Assembly: GCF_006345805.1 (NCBI RefSeq)
Contig: NC_043009.1
Location: 11,222,001 to 11,286,000, forward strand
DNA from: Octopus sinensis
Taxonomy: Eukaryota
Reading direction: 5' to 3'
DNA length: 64,000 bases
The notes under the pieces were generated by a model that was not told the DNA's origin, searched no databases, and saw only the letters and a list, made by a program, of their open reading frames with translations. Positions 1 through 12,246 of the stretch are shown in pieces (the first letter of the stretch is position 1; each line of letters opens with the position of its first letter). Position numbers and translations under genes: made by a program.

Positions 1-1230
1 TTAACGTATGAGTAAAAGACTTGGTTGCTATTTCTTGTGGGTTTAACCTGTAAAGTCTGTTGTGACAGTTCAATATTTTGTTTGTTATTTCTCCAAGAAA
101 GATCTTTTTTAGAGATCTTGTAAAAAAAATTCTATTTACTCTCGAGCACGACTACTTCTTTAGTTGTATTTTCTACTATTTTCTTAAAATTTATTCTGTT
201 GAAATGGCTTTAATAATTTTTTTTCCTTTCAGTATCACATTATATTCTGAATTCTTTTTATCTTTCTTCAATTCATATCACATTTTTAAATCTTTATATT
301 AATACTTATATTATACTTTCTGGAAAATGTTTACATTTTATCTTTCTTGATATTTTCTCATTTAATTCGAATACTTTTTTATATATAGCTATATCGTTTA
401 CTCATTTCACCTTTTAAAATTTTTATCTCAAAACTCTTTCCGTTTTATATTGTTTATGTGCTCAATAAATTTTGTTATAACACAAAATATAATACAAATT
501 AGCCTGAGTTAAGTCGTTTGTGTCTTTAATTATTTCTAGCGTAACTGTTATCTTGTTTCCTTCTATTTTATTACCTAACAATTTTGTGGATCTTAATTGT
601 TATAAGTTTTATTTCATTAAGCTCTCATATATTTCCTTCAATAATATCTGTTTCCTCTACTTGTGCCTAATAATTCGATTATTCTCTTAAATATTACGGT
701 ACTACATCAAATGATACTGATTCTACCTTCATTCGTTTTTGAGCATATTCTATTATTCCTCAAGTACGCATATTTGATGCACATATCCTAACATTGCAAG
801 CTCATTGTTTATGTTTTCTTGTTCGTGTGTTCGTTTTCTTTTTGTTTATCCTTGCGTTTGATCACATTATTAAAAAAAAACAACTGTAAATTTGTTTACT
901 CTTTCTTTTCCTTTGTGAATAGTTAATCTGGATAAAAAAAAAGTACAAAATATTTGTTCAATTCTGAGCTTGTTGAGGAGACGGTAACAACGAAAAAAAA
1001 ATTTGCTTCCCTTCTCTGCTAGAAACACCATTTAAATTCCTGGTGTATCATGACCAAGCACCTTACAAAATGAAGAAGATGCAGTAATGTAGTTCTGAAT
1101 ACAATATATGTTGGGAAAAATTAAAAAAAATGGAAAGAAAAAAAGAAGGAATATATCTCTGGCTGTTGTTCTGTTCGATATAACTATTGTAGGCCTAAAC
1201 AAAAAGAGAAACAATATATAACCTTGTTAC
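1..1230 (-). mobile_element. Possible highly decayed LINE remnant (ORF1-like region), class uncertain
   Basis: Strongly T-biased + strand (A-rich minus strand), the same compositional signature as the other decayed LINE tracts here. No intact diagnostic motif. Confidence 0.25.
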
Positions 1231-2175
1231 TGTTGTTCTTTTAAAATTTTGTTGGAAGCAGAGTATTTAGTTTTGTTTAATACTGAATGCATAGTTATAT
1301 CGATTTACCGAATTACTTTGAGCAATTTTTCGATATATTTTCCACGGATCATGTTATCAATCAAACTAAATATAATTCCTACTATAACATAGATTATATA
1401 ATTCTTAAAGTCCTATAATTCTTTCACTCTATAAATCTTCTAATCCTATTAGAGACTAGAGATTTTGTTGAAATGCACTTAGTCTAGTATCAAAATTCCT
1501 AAAAGTGTAACTATTGCGTGAACGTGGTGAAATTTGCAGGTTCGACATTATGACGAATTTAGTAAAACGTGAAATTGGATTGCATTCGTTTTCAGGCTCT
1601 TTTCACTTTCCCATGTGCATTCCTCTAATGAGTTCTACTGAGGCAGAAACAAACGAGCACAACTAACCACTTATCTCCAGAAAATAAGCCTGTCCTTTTT
1701 CATGAATGGCATGTAAAATTTGAGGAATTATTAATTCTCGAAATTATTTATTTCCTTCTCAAATATGGAGCTGGTCTCAACAGCCATTTTGGCCTCTCAA
1801 GGCAAAGGTAAATTTAGTTAAGCAACAATGTATGCTATAAGATATATGGTGTAATTTGTGTACACCGTGTGCGTATATATATATATATATGTATAGTAGA
1901 AATATGTTACGAAAAGAAAATATAAAATACACGTGGAAATGTAAGGGTAAAATATGAAAAATCAGCGAAAATGCACATTGCAAATAAAAAAAGGCTATTT
2001 ATGACAGGTAAAGACAAATATATACATTTAGATTGACTGAGGTAGTAATACGAGTCATAAAAGTCATTATTATGAGATGATTATAAGATGATGATAAAGT
2101 AAGAAAACAAAGCGAACCATGGTTTACGCAAAGCTATTCATCGTTTGAACAACACCGGTTAATACACGATGTCAG

Positions 2176-2206
<31 letters not shown>

Positions 2207-2868
2207 AGAAAAAAGGTTTGAAAATGCAATTTAAACGATGTTTATTTACTTAACCGGTTTCACTCTTTGGTAAAAGATTGTCAAAAGTTACATTTAAGGA
2301 AACATTGAATAATATGGGTTCAAAAAAAGTTTTTTTACATAATTGTCACATTGAATATTATGCATTCAAAAAAGTTTTTACATAATTGTCACATTGGATA
2401 TTATGAATTCAAAAATGTTTTTTTATACATAATTGTCACATTACATGTATAAATATAGTGTTTGGTAACAGAGAAGTTCAATAGTGTGATGAGAATATTT
2501 GGGAAACTTTGGCAGAAAAGGATAAAACAAATATATTATTGGGAATTGGTTGCGTTAATTATTGGTTGTCGCAAATTGTCACATTACATGTATATATATA
2601 CAATCTTTGGTATATATATACAGCCTTTTGACAGCAAAAATTAAAATGGATTTTTTATACAACTCAGAATATTTTAAGTGCAAGGCGAGAATATGTTTTT
2701 ACTGACCTGTCGGTATTAGCAGAAAGGCTGAACTGAGAGAACAGAGGAAGTAGCCAATGTGGTGTATACTTCCCCTTTATGCATGAATGATTTTGGGGTT
2801 ATCAGGAGGTTAGTATGCGGGTGTGAATAGATGTGTCCGTGCCCGCTGGTCAGATAGCGTCTGTTTGT
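2207..2868 (-). mobile_element. Decayed Penelope-like element, 3' part (GIY-YIG endonuclease remnant and tail)
   Basis: Minus strand reads TNRRYLTSGHGH (resembles the YxGxTxRxLxxRxxEH GIY-YIG motif), then a frameshifted LKI...FCCQK segment, then a GAAACCGGTT...AATAAA tail typical of Penelope 3' ends. Truncated by the microsatellite at 2869. Confidence 0.5.
2303..2442. repeat. Tandem repeat, 3 copies of a 43-47 bp unit
   Basis: Unit cattgaatattatgcattcaaaaaagtttttacataattgtca starts at about 2303, 2349 and 2392. Confidence 0.9.
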
Positions 2869-2873
2869 CACAC

Positions 2874-2906
<33 letters not shown>

Positions 2907-3940
2907 ACAACACACACACACACACACACACATAGTAAACAAACACACACCACATACAAACAACACACACACACACACACAGAACACACACACCCACACA
3001 CAACGCACCCACATATATCACATATACACACAGCACACAAATATAATATGTATCTATATATAACATACACAGATATATAACACACACACACACAACACAC
3101 ACACACACACACAACACACACACACACAACACACGCACACATACATACATAATATAAATATCACACAAATACACCTAGCATATATATACACACATACAAT
3201 ACACACATACAGCATGTAAGTAATATACATACACAATATATGCATGCAATATACATACGCAGTACATACATATAATATATATATAGACAATGCATATACA
3301 TATATACACATATACATATAAATAGTGTTTACATACACATACATAGATGTACCACATATACACACAATACACATACATACAACGCATACACATACACGTA
3401 CGCATACATATAATATATATATACACACACACACACATAACATACATACACAATGTATACATATATATACACGCAATGCACATACATGTATTCATGCATA
3501 TATAGCACACTTACAATATACATATATACAATGCACACATACACACACATATATACACTTAATTGTACACATACATATACAATACACATACATACAATAT
3601 ACATATACACAATGCGCATGCAAATAATGTACATGTTTATACACACATAAACAAGCAAATAAATATACACACACACACATACACACACACACATATATAT
3701 ACACATATATATATAATATATATACACACATACATACATACATACATGCACATACATATATTTTTTCACACACATACACATACATATATATATATATAAA
3801 AAATTCACCCCCCACACACAAATTACAAACCTATAGCGTACACACTCAAATATATCTCTACATGCCGCACACACACACAAACAAAGTACTAACATATACA
3901 CACATACCATGCATATACACACACAACACACACACCACAC

Positions 3941-4005
<65 letters not shown>

Positions 4006-4038
4006 GTATATAAACATATATACACACACATATATCTA

Positions 4039-4081
<43 letters not shown>

Positions 4082-4110
4082 GTATCTATCTATCTCTCTA
4101 TCTATCTATC
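2869..4110. repeat. 1.2 kb compound microsatellite (CA)n/(CATA)n/(TA)n/(TCTA)n
   Basis: Directly visible. It explains the many HT/CV/YI-rich ORFs. Confidence 0.97.
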
Positions 4111-4466
4111 TTAATACTTTAGAGAACTCAGCCGGTATCTGTGGGGTAAAGTGTTCGATTCCCTGTTTCCACCTGTGGTAATTTTTTCCGTTTTCTAAAA
4201 CTAACCAACCAATATTTCAATGTACATTTACATATGCATATGAGAGGGGAAAAATGATATAGTTACAATAATCTAATAATCGCTTTTCATCAAATAACCA
4301 GAATGAAGAATTCGTTGCTTTAATATTTTGGACGATAGCATATTGGATAAGGTTGAAGATGATTACGCCCACGAAGATAATATAAATAACGAGCAAGAGA
4401 ATATATTTCAGTATTCAGCAATGAGACAGATACAATAGTAAATATACGAGATAACTGACTCCAGTA

Positions 4467-4496
4467 CATATATATATATATACACACAGACACACA

Positions 4497-4594
<98 letters not shown>
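4467..4594. repeat. (TA)n(CA)n microsatellite
   Basis: Directly visible. Confidence 0.97.
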
Positions 4595-4700
4595 GAAAAG
4601 CTCGTCAAGTGAAGTCCAATGTCAAGACGATGTTGATTTGTTTCATCGATGAGAAAGGTGTTAATCACACAAAATGTGTTCCACCTGGTGAAAGTGTTTA
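4595..4700 (+). mobile_element. Mariner transposase fragment
   Basis: Translates KARQVKSNVKTMLICFIDEKGVNHTKCVPPGESV, matching the mariner catalytic-domain segment KSKxKxMLxxFFDxxGxxHxExVPxGQTVN. Confidence 0.8.
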
Positions 4701-4856
4701 TAAACCATTTAAATTTAATTTTCCAAAATATTTTCGTCGCTTTGAGACTGCGACCTGGTCACTGACCCCGAATTTTGTGCGTGATCAGGTCGCAGTCACA
4801 AAGCGACGTAAATATGTTGGCAAATTAAATTTAAATGGCTTACAAACACCTTCCAC
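4690..4856. repeat. Long fold-back palindrome or MITE (about 70-75 bp arms, 18 nt loop)
   Basis: 4690-4762 is the near-perfect reverse complement of 4781-4856, e.g. ccatttaaatttaattttccaaaatattttcgtcgctttgagactgcgacctggtcac. Confidence 0.9.
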
Positions 4857-4888
4857 GCTGCAATTGTATATATATATATATATACATA

Positions 4889-5825
4889 CAATGTGCGGTG
4901 AATAAATTGTCGTCTAAATTATGCAAAAAAAAACACTAACATCTCATTTCAACAGATACATTTATCAAAATTGTATAAAAATATCTCGAAGTGCTAAGGA
5001 GTGAATGTATTCAATAAAATCGCCATTGGTTTCAACCACGGTCTCCAGACGACTTTGGAATCTCCTGCATCTCTCTGCACGGTCTCCTCATTTAAGTTGG
5101 TGAATGCAGCCGCAATTTGTGGTTTTAATTCATCTTTGGTATTATAAGGAGTTTTGTTGGTCTCTTGATCAACTGCGCCTCACACATAATAACCAAGGGG
5201 TTTCAGTCTGGGGAGTTAGGGGTGATGTGATCGCAGAAATTGTCTGACAGCCATAACTGAATTCTCCTGCTTGTGTGCCATGATGCACAGTCCTGTTGCC
5301 AAACATGGCGTCTTCCAGCAGCCACCCTCTTGACCCAGGCCAGCACTGCCACCTACAGGTACTTGATGAAGGCTTCCGTGTTGAAATTGAGGCCGTGTGG
5401 AGAGATAAATAGAGGTATAAAGTCGCCATCACTAGTGATTTTTCCTAAGACCATGATGTTAACTGGATGTTTGATTTTTATCACTCTCGGTAAGCGAACG
5501 ATTGTTCTGGGTGTCCACCATCTGATCCTGGCAGAAATCACCATTAAACTCATCCAGCTCTTTCCGAATCCTATTCACTGTCCGCAGATTGACACCCAAG
5601 CACTCTGAAATGTTCACATTGGTGCTTCCGGCGCAATTGCTAAACAATACAGCATGTAGTTTCCAAATTTCTGGCAGAGTGAATTGCACCATGGTGCTGA
5701 TTTTCTCACAGACGGTGCCCGACTGACCCTACTATATACAGTGTAGTCGACATAGTCAAAAACAAAGAACGCACATGCGCGAAATTAAACAAATAAAATG
5801 GTGACAATCTGCGCATTGCACCCTG
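4889..5825 (-). mobile_element. Internally deleted Tc1/mariner DNA transposon, maT (DD37D)-like, pseudogenised transposase
   Basis: Minus strand has an N-terminal HTH (ISECLGVNLRTVNRIRKEL), then KHPVNIMVLGKITSDGD, WVKRVAAGRRHVWQQDCA, NFCDHITPNSPD*NP and RFQSRLETVVETNGDFIE. Degenerate TIRs CAATGTGCGG.../...GCACCCTG, with TA at the left end. Contains stops and frameshifts. Confidence 0.85.
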
Positions 5826-5828
5826 AAC

Positions 5829-5860
<32 letters not shown>

Positions 5861-5962
5861 ATATATATATATATATATTATATATATATATATAACATAT
5901 ATATATATAACATATATATATATATAACATATATATATATAACATATATATATATATATAAC

Positions 5963-6002
<40 letters not shown>

Positions 6003-6015
6003 ACATACAAACACA
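5829..6015. repeat. (TA)n/(TG)n microsatellite with TAACA variants
   Basis: Directly visible. Confidence 0.95.
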
Positions 6016-6231
6016 CATTTACGATGTTACTTCAAATATCCTTTACTACTATCAGAAAGTCGAAGCTGAATAATGTTCTAAATTGTACCACTCACAGTGT
6101 AAATCCCTCGAGATACAGATATATGTTATCTTTCCTATAATCTGGTTTTCATAAATGAAATTATGATGATCAACTTTGCATGTGTCTACTCTACAGATAT
6201 TTTTTTCCCGCTGCGTATGAAGTGGTAACAT

Positions 6232-6428
6232 TAAGCACAAGGTAGGGCAGAAAGCTGGCAAAATCGTTATCCCGTCGCTTAAAACAATCGGCTACTTTGC
6301 TTCCGACTTGACGTTCTGAGTTCAAATTCTGCCAAAGCCAACTCTGCTTTTCATTCCCTTGCCTCGATAAAATAAATAGTAGTTAAACACTGAGATTGAT
6401 GTAATCGATTTGCCCCCAACAACAAATT
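6232..6428 (+). mobile_element. SINE family A, degenerate copy
   Basis: Contains the core ttctgagttcaaattc...gatgtaatcgat and the tail ggccttgtgccaaa shared with other family A copies. Confidence 0.7.
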
Positions 6429-6746
6429 GCTGGCCTTGTGCCAAAGTTTGCTATGGAGTTTAACAACAAGGCATATCATAATTTACCTTAGGAAATCTGG
6501 AACCTCTACTTTGAGCACTTTAGGTTTCAAAAGGTCCATTGTGGAATAAATTATCTTTATCATTCAATTACTATAAAATTATATGCTTCAATATTTTGGG
6601 CAGATTCGCTGTTTGTTTTTATTGTTAATAGTTTTTATTTTTTTTTTGTGCGGCTTTAAACGGAACCACTAAATATTCGTATATGCCTTTAATCTCATGC
6701 CGCATGATTTTGCTCTTCATCAGGAATGCCACCCCTTTCACATTAT

Positions 6747-7549
6747 TCATGTTTCTACAACCTCCTCATCCTTATCATCGTCATCGACCGCGTCGAAATC
6801 ACTGTCGTTCTGAACGTGATTGTTAACGGCGTCGGCGATGATGGAGTTGTTTCCACCATGACAGTAATGATGATGTTGATGTTGATGATGATGATAATGA
6901 TGATGATGATGATGATGAAGGTGGTGGTGGTGGTGATGATGCTGATGATGATGATGATGATGGTGATGATGATGTTGATGTTGCTGATGACGATAATGAT
7001 GATGATGATGATGATGATGGTAGTGGTGGTGATGATGCTGCTGATGATGATGATGGTGATGATGATGTTGATGATGATGACGACGGCAACGACGATGATG
7101 GTGATGATGATGATGATGATCACGACGACGACGATGACGATGATGATGGTGATGATGATTATGATGATGATGTTGATGTTGATGATGACGACGGCAACGA
7201 TGATGATGATGGTGATGATGATGATGATGATGAGGATGATGATGAGGAGGAGGATGATGATGAGGATGGTGATGATGATGTTGATGTCGATGATGACGAT
7301 GGCAACGACGATGATGGTGATGATGATGGTGATGATGATGATGATGATGAGGACGATGATGAGGAGGAGGACGAAGAAGCGGATGATGATAATGATGATG
7401 ACGATGATGATGACGCGGATGATGATAATGATGATGACGATGATGATCACGATGATGATGATCATCAACATCATCATTTCGATGATCGTTGTCGTCTTTG
7501 TCGTCATCCTCACAGTCGTCTTTACTGTTAGTTTTTATGCGATTTCCAT
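6747..7549 (-). CDS. Candidate His-rich terminal coding exon (about 266 aa), absent from the ORF track; may be only a degenerate (CAT)n microsatellite
   Basis: Long polypyrimidine tract and ttttccaag acceptor ending at 7550. Stop-free frame (D)GNRIKTNSKDDCEDDDKDDNDHRNDDVDD-poly(H)-CHGGNNSIIADAVNNHVQNDSDFDAVDDDDKDEEVVET*. AATAAA about 110 nt downstream. An open frame is expected by chance in a CAT repeat. Confidence 0.3.
6841..7480. repeat. Imperfect (ATG/GAT)n trinucleotide array with a higher-order repeat of about 105 bp
   Basis: The motif gttgatg..gatgacgacggcaacga.gatgatggtgatg recurs near 7068, 7172 and 7280. Confidence 0.95.
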
Positions 7550-7799
7550 CTTGGAAAAAAATTCATAAAAAATTTTAAAAAAACAGAAAAGGGAAGAGAA
7601 AAACAGAAAAAAATTCAACGAAACAAAGTCAAACATAAACAAGACAAAAAAAAAAGAAAAAAGAAAAAGGAACCGCTTTTAGCACAACAGCTTAAGCGTA
7701 GCCTATTTTAACTGTATATCTAATGTCACACATTTGAATGGGAACGTGCTAGGCTTTCTCTTCGCAAGCTAATATAACGATCGATTTACGAATACATGA

Positions 7800-7815
7800 A
7801 CCGAAACCAGCATCT

Positions 7816-7848
<33 letters not shown>

Positions 7849-8030
7849 ATACCACCATCACCGCCGTTGCCACCACCAACGCCATCATCGCCTCCACCAC
7901 CATCATCACGGGCATCGGCATCACCAACACCGGCAAACGACACCGCCACCACCGTCACATAATACTACAGAAGCGCTAACATCTCCAACACCATCAGCAC
8001 CATCACCATCACCATCGCCATCACCATCAT
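7800..8030. repeat. Imperfect (CAC/CAT)n array
   Basis: Directly visible. Gives the 97 aa His/Pro-rich ORF 7796-8089 on + and a Gly/Asp-rich ORF on -. Confidence 0.9.
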
Positions 8031-8313
8031 CACACTATCGTGCCGCCCAACGTAGAGCAATCGATCCTTCCCTTTACACGCGTAGCTAAGCACACACGCT
8101 CGTGTAACACTGATCTTCCTGTTCCCTTGTCCCTGCTTTCTGTCAATATCTGATGTGCTGGAATTAGATTGTCTGAACTTCACAACGGAATTAGGCGCAC
8201 CAAATACATTAAATTGATCCAGTATTACTGTCTCCGACACCTATCGAAATATGCATCTCTTTCGTCACTGCGTTACAGGTACATACATACACATACATGC
8301 ATAAATTCATAAA

Positions 8314-8379
<66 letters not shown>

Positions 8380-8609
8380 GTATATATTTATAAAAGAGAT
8401 AATGGTGTCATTGAGACCCAAAGATGACAGGTAATGCTGAATAAGTGCTATAGACAGACCATAGTTAAGTTCCAGATTCGGTAATATTGCGAATAAAGGG
8501 TTCAACGTTAGTTCTACGTAAATATATGAATTTTTTGCGTAATGCGATAAAAAAAAACCCAGCCTATCTATACAGCCTTGGCTTTTTTTTACTCATTACG
8601 CAAAAAATT

Positions 8610-8707
8610 CATATATATATATAATTATATATATATGTATGTATGTATGTATGTATGAATCCGTATTTTTACACACATACACACATATACATATATACAT
8701 ATATATG

Positions 8708-8783
<76 letters not shown>

Positions 8784-8820
8784 GAAGGAGAGACAGAGAG
8801 ACAGAGAGACAGAGAGATGT
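8610..8820. repeat. (TATG)n/(TAGA)n/(GA)n microsatellite
   Basis: Directly visible. Confidence 0.95.
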
Positions 8821-8859
8821 ACATGTTGCCGTTGTTGTTGATGCTACCAAACGTGTCCC

Positions 8860-8974
8860 TGATGCTACCAAACGTGTTTCAATGGTAGTAAGGTATCCAG
8901 CCGGTGCTCTTTCTGAAATTTACTGAATTGCAAATGGATCAAACCATTTTGACGATGCTTGCAAACGTACACTG
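8860..8974 (+). repeat. 115 bp direct repeat, copy 1
   Basis: tgatgctaccaaacgtgtttcaatggtagtaagg...acactg, about 6 mismatches against 11577-11691. Confidence 0.95.
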
Positions 8975-9099
8975 TTCCTGCATGCAGACACTGCTACACA
9001 TATTTATGAGAGAAACTGATACAAAATGCGCATTTCATATCAGAGAAAAACGCGGAGGAAAATGCAGTCAAGCAAACCTGGAGAGAGGAAAATTAATTA

Positions 9100-10760
9100 T
9101 TTTCCCTTAACTTTACGTAAGATATTGAAACTGAGATAGAAGCTTTGAACCAAACACAAATCTGCTAATACTTAATAATAAATGAGGTAAATAGTGTGTA
9201 AAAAGGCTCATGATATAAAATTTTAGGAAGGAATATTACAAACACATTAGTTTAATATGCTAGCAATAAAAGTAGGGATGTTATAGAGATTAATACTTTA
9301 GCTGTGCCAGTAATAAGTTAGAGCTATAATATTCCCATCTACAGGCAAGGTTAAAGAGAAAATGAAACAATCACTTAGTGTAGTAACAATAGACCAACCC
9401 AAATACCATATATACGGATTGAAGTTGCCAGGAATACAGGGAGTTTATGAAGCATGGAAACCATTACAGAATATCATTGAATTTTTTCAAGTATATTTTG
9501 CGAAGAACAATCGATCATTATAAGAATGGTAAAAAAAACCAAGAGAAAAAAATTATTTTCCTCTTCACGGGAAAGGGTTATTATAAAGTTCAGCTTGGAG
9601 TGTCAGACAAATATAAGGAGAAAAGTGAAACAATACATATTATGAAGAGGTTACTATCTCATTATATATGGTTCTACATAATATCATGTTAAATCATTGC
9701 AAGAAAAGCTCTTGAATTATCAGTATCTATAAAGTAAGAGGGTCTAAACGGGACAGAGACTACCAAGAATAATTCGGAATTGGTGGAGAGATTCACGATG
9801 GAAAGATTCTTGATTGTGGCACTAAATCAAAGCCTTCCGCTCAAAACACAATATGTAAGGAAGCAGAATTTATTAAATAACAGCGAAATATGCGGAAAAT
9901 GATTATAACTGACCACACCCTGTTCGCTTGGCCTTTGTTAACCAAAAGTTAAAGCATTTAAAGATTTAATACAGCTGGGATGTTATGCACTGATATTGTG
10001 TCAGCGTTATCAAAATACCTGCAGTCAAAGGTGTTATAAACAAACACTAGGAATGATGGCAAAGAACGACAATTTGACCATATTTTGGGATCATCCACCA
10101 GTTATTTTGTCATGGATCACAAGGGAATTATGTGCCTTTTAATGAATGAAATAATCTCAACGAACGATAAGAGAACAATTTAGAATTGGTGGAGAGATTG
10201 GCGATGGAAATTTTCTCAATATAAAGGTATGTAAATAGAGCTGACCTGAATGTGAAAACTGTATGCAGAAATAATTTCTATTATAATTCGTACCTTGAGA
10301 ATGATTAAATGGGATGAATAAAAAATATGCAGTCATAACTTGCAGATGTAAAAAGACAGAAGTGAAATGCATTGCACCTGAATTACATTAAATTCAATAC
10401 AATATAAAATAGAACGCACAAACAATATATTTCTCATATAGAGTTGTGTTATGGAATACATTCAAAGTACGCAAAGAAAGAAAGAAACATTACAGCAGAA
10501 AATATTAAGTGAAAATTAAGTATACTGCGTATAAACTGTTTAAATAGAGTATATTTTCACAGATCCAAACAATTTAGAACATTCTTCCCAGGTTAACATG
10601 AAGGGAGAAATGTTTTAGTGTAACTGAGATAAGAGTCTAACACTCAAAGCAAATTTCTCTCTCCTGAAGAATCAATTGACTATATGTAGTAGAAGAATAT
10701 ATTATAAACTTATTCTATTAAAGGATTGAACGAAAAACTAGAAAAAAATAACGTTTATTC
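9100..10760 (+). mobile_element. Decayed L1/Tx1-like LINE, ORF2 C-terminal region
   Basis: A-rich + strand with degenerate remnants in the expected order: YLG-like, G-K-x-L-I-I-K, GGL-like, and a CRCKKTE...H zinc-knuckle-like segment near 10340. Many stops and frameshifts. Confidence 0.4.
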
Positions 10761-10961
10761 ACAATCACAGACACACATTCACATATATACAAGCAGAAAC
10801 CTGTTTATATTAAGTTAATAGGAATGAATATTAAATACCAGAAATGCAGGTATCAAGGTACTATGTTTTACAGAAATATATTCGGATAGCAATACTGCAA
10901 TAAATGTACTGAGAATGCATATTTGCTTCAATGACCCAATGACACCAAATGAAAATCCACT

Positions 10962-11386
10962 TACCGTAAATACTCGAGTATTATACGCATTTTTTTTCTC
11001 CAAAATTTAAAGGTCAAAATCCCTAGTGCGTACTATATACGTGGTTGAAAATGAAAAATATTTTCTAAGCAATGTCCGAGTCTCTTAAGCTAAGCCTGAA
11101 AGCAATGAAGTCATAAAAGAATCATCCATAACATGCAGTAAGCAACATTTATTAAACATTGTTGCTGTTATTTCTTTATTTTCTGCAAACAAAATGCACA
11201 AAAAAGCTACACGTTTGCATTATGTTATATATACAATAAAAATAAAGGACGTTACCGTATACATTTTTACAAACCAACGTCGTTATATAGACCTCCTTGA
11301 CTCAAGTTAGAGAAGGGGTGCATATTATACACAAGGTTTAGGTTTTTGAGAGGTACAGCCCCTTAAAAATCCCCTGCGTATTATAC
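10962..11386. mobile_element. pogo/Tigger-like non-autonomous DNA transposon remnant
   Basis: Starts TACCGTAAATACTCGAGTATTATACGC, a pogo/Tigger-type terminus. Repeated tgcgtattatac subterminal motifs. Right end truncated. Confidence 0.55.
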
Positions 11387-11576
11387 ATACATACATACAG
11401 TTAAATATACATACAAACATAATACATACATGCATACAGTTATATATATATATACAGGCACACACAACACATACATACACCAACACAGTCACAAACATTG
11501 AGACACACAGAGCAGAGAGCTATCGAATAGGTGTGCGTGTAGTATGTACGTATTGAACTTTGTATGCATTTATAAT

Positions 11577-11691
11577 TGATGCTACCAAACGTGTTTCAAT
11601 GGTAGTAAGGTATTCAGCCGGTGCTCTTTCTGAAATTTACTGAATTGCAAATGGATTAAACCATTTTGACGATACTTGCAAGCAGACACTG
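11577..11691 (+). repeat. 115 bp direct repeat, copy 2
   Basis: See 8860-8974. Confidence 0.95.
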
Positions 11692-11939
11692 CGTGTATAA
11701 CTTGTCTATATTTAAGCATTCTTTTTCTCTGTGGATGTGTTTAAAATGCAAGTACAAACACCAACCATTGATGTAATTTGATGTTCATTTGATATCGTTT
11801 TCATGCTAAAATTACAACAATATTCAACAAGATATCAATAGCATCAGAACAGTTGCTAATTAATCTGTGGGCGTGTTGGGGTGGCGTTATAAGTGTCTTT
11901 GCTGTGTGTGTAAATGCGCATGTATAAAGAAACACGCAT

Positions 11940-11961
11940 ATATATTGTATGTATGTATTAC

Positions 11962-12047
<86 letters not shown>

Positions 12048-12120
12048 CTCTCTCTCTCTCTATATATATATAGATATATATATATATATATATATATATT
12101 GTATGTATGTATTATCTATC

Positions 12121-12165
<45 letters not shown>

Positions 12166-12176
12166 TATATACATAC

Positions 12177-12210
<34 letters not shown>

Positions 12211-12240
12211 CTATCTATCTTTATATATGTATCTGTCTAT
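11940..12240. repeat. (TCTA)n/(TC)n/(TA)n compound microsatellite
   Basis: Directly visible. Confidence 0.95.
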
Positions 12241-12246
12241 ATTAAT

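Noticed and set aside
2716-4122. Numerous 65-203 aa ORFs rich in C/V/Y/H/T/I (also at 12-13, 21, 26-29, 34, 37-38 and 53 kb)
   Set aside because: Translations of CA/TA/TCTA microsatellites, which lack stop codons by composition.
6726-7568. 280 aa poly-Met ORF and 252 aa poly-Ile ORF
   Set aside because: Alternative frames of the (ATG)n array, with no support beyond repeat composition.
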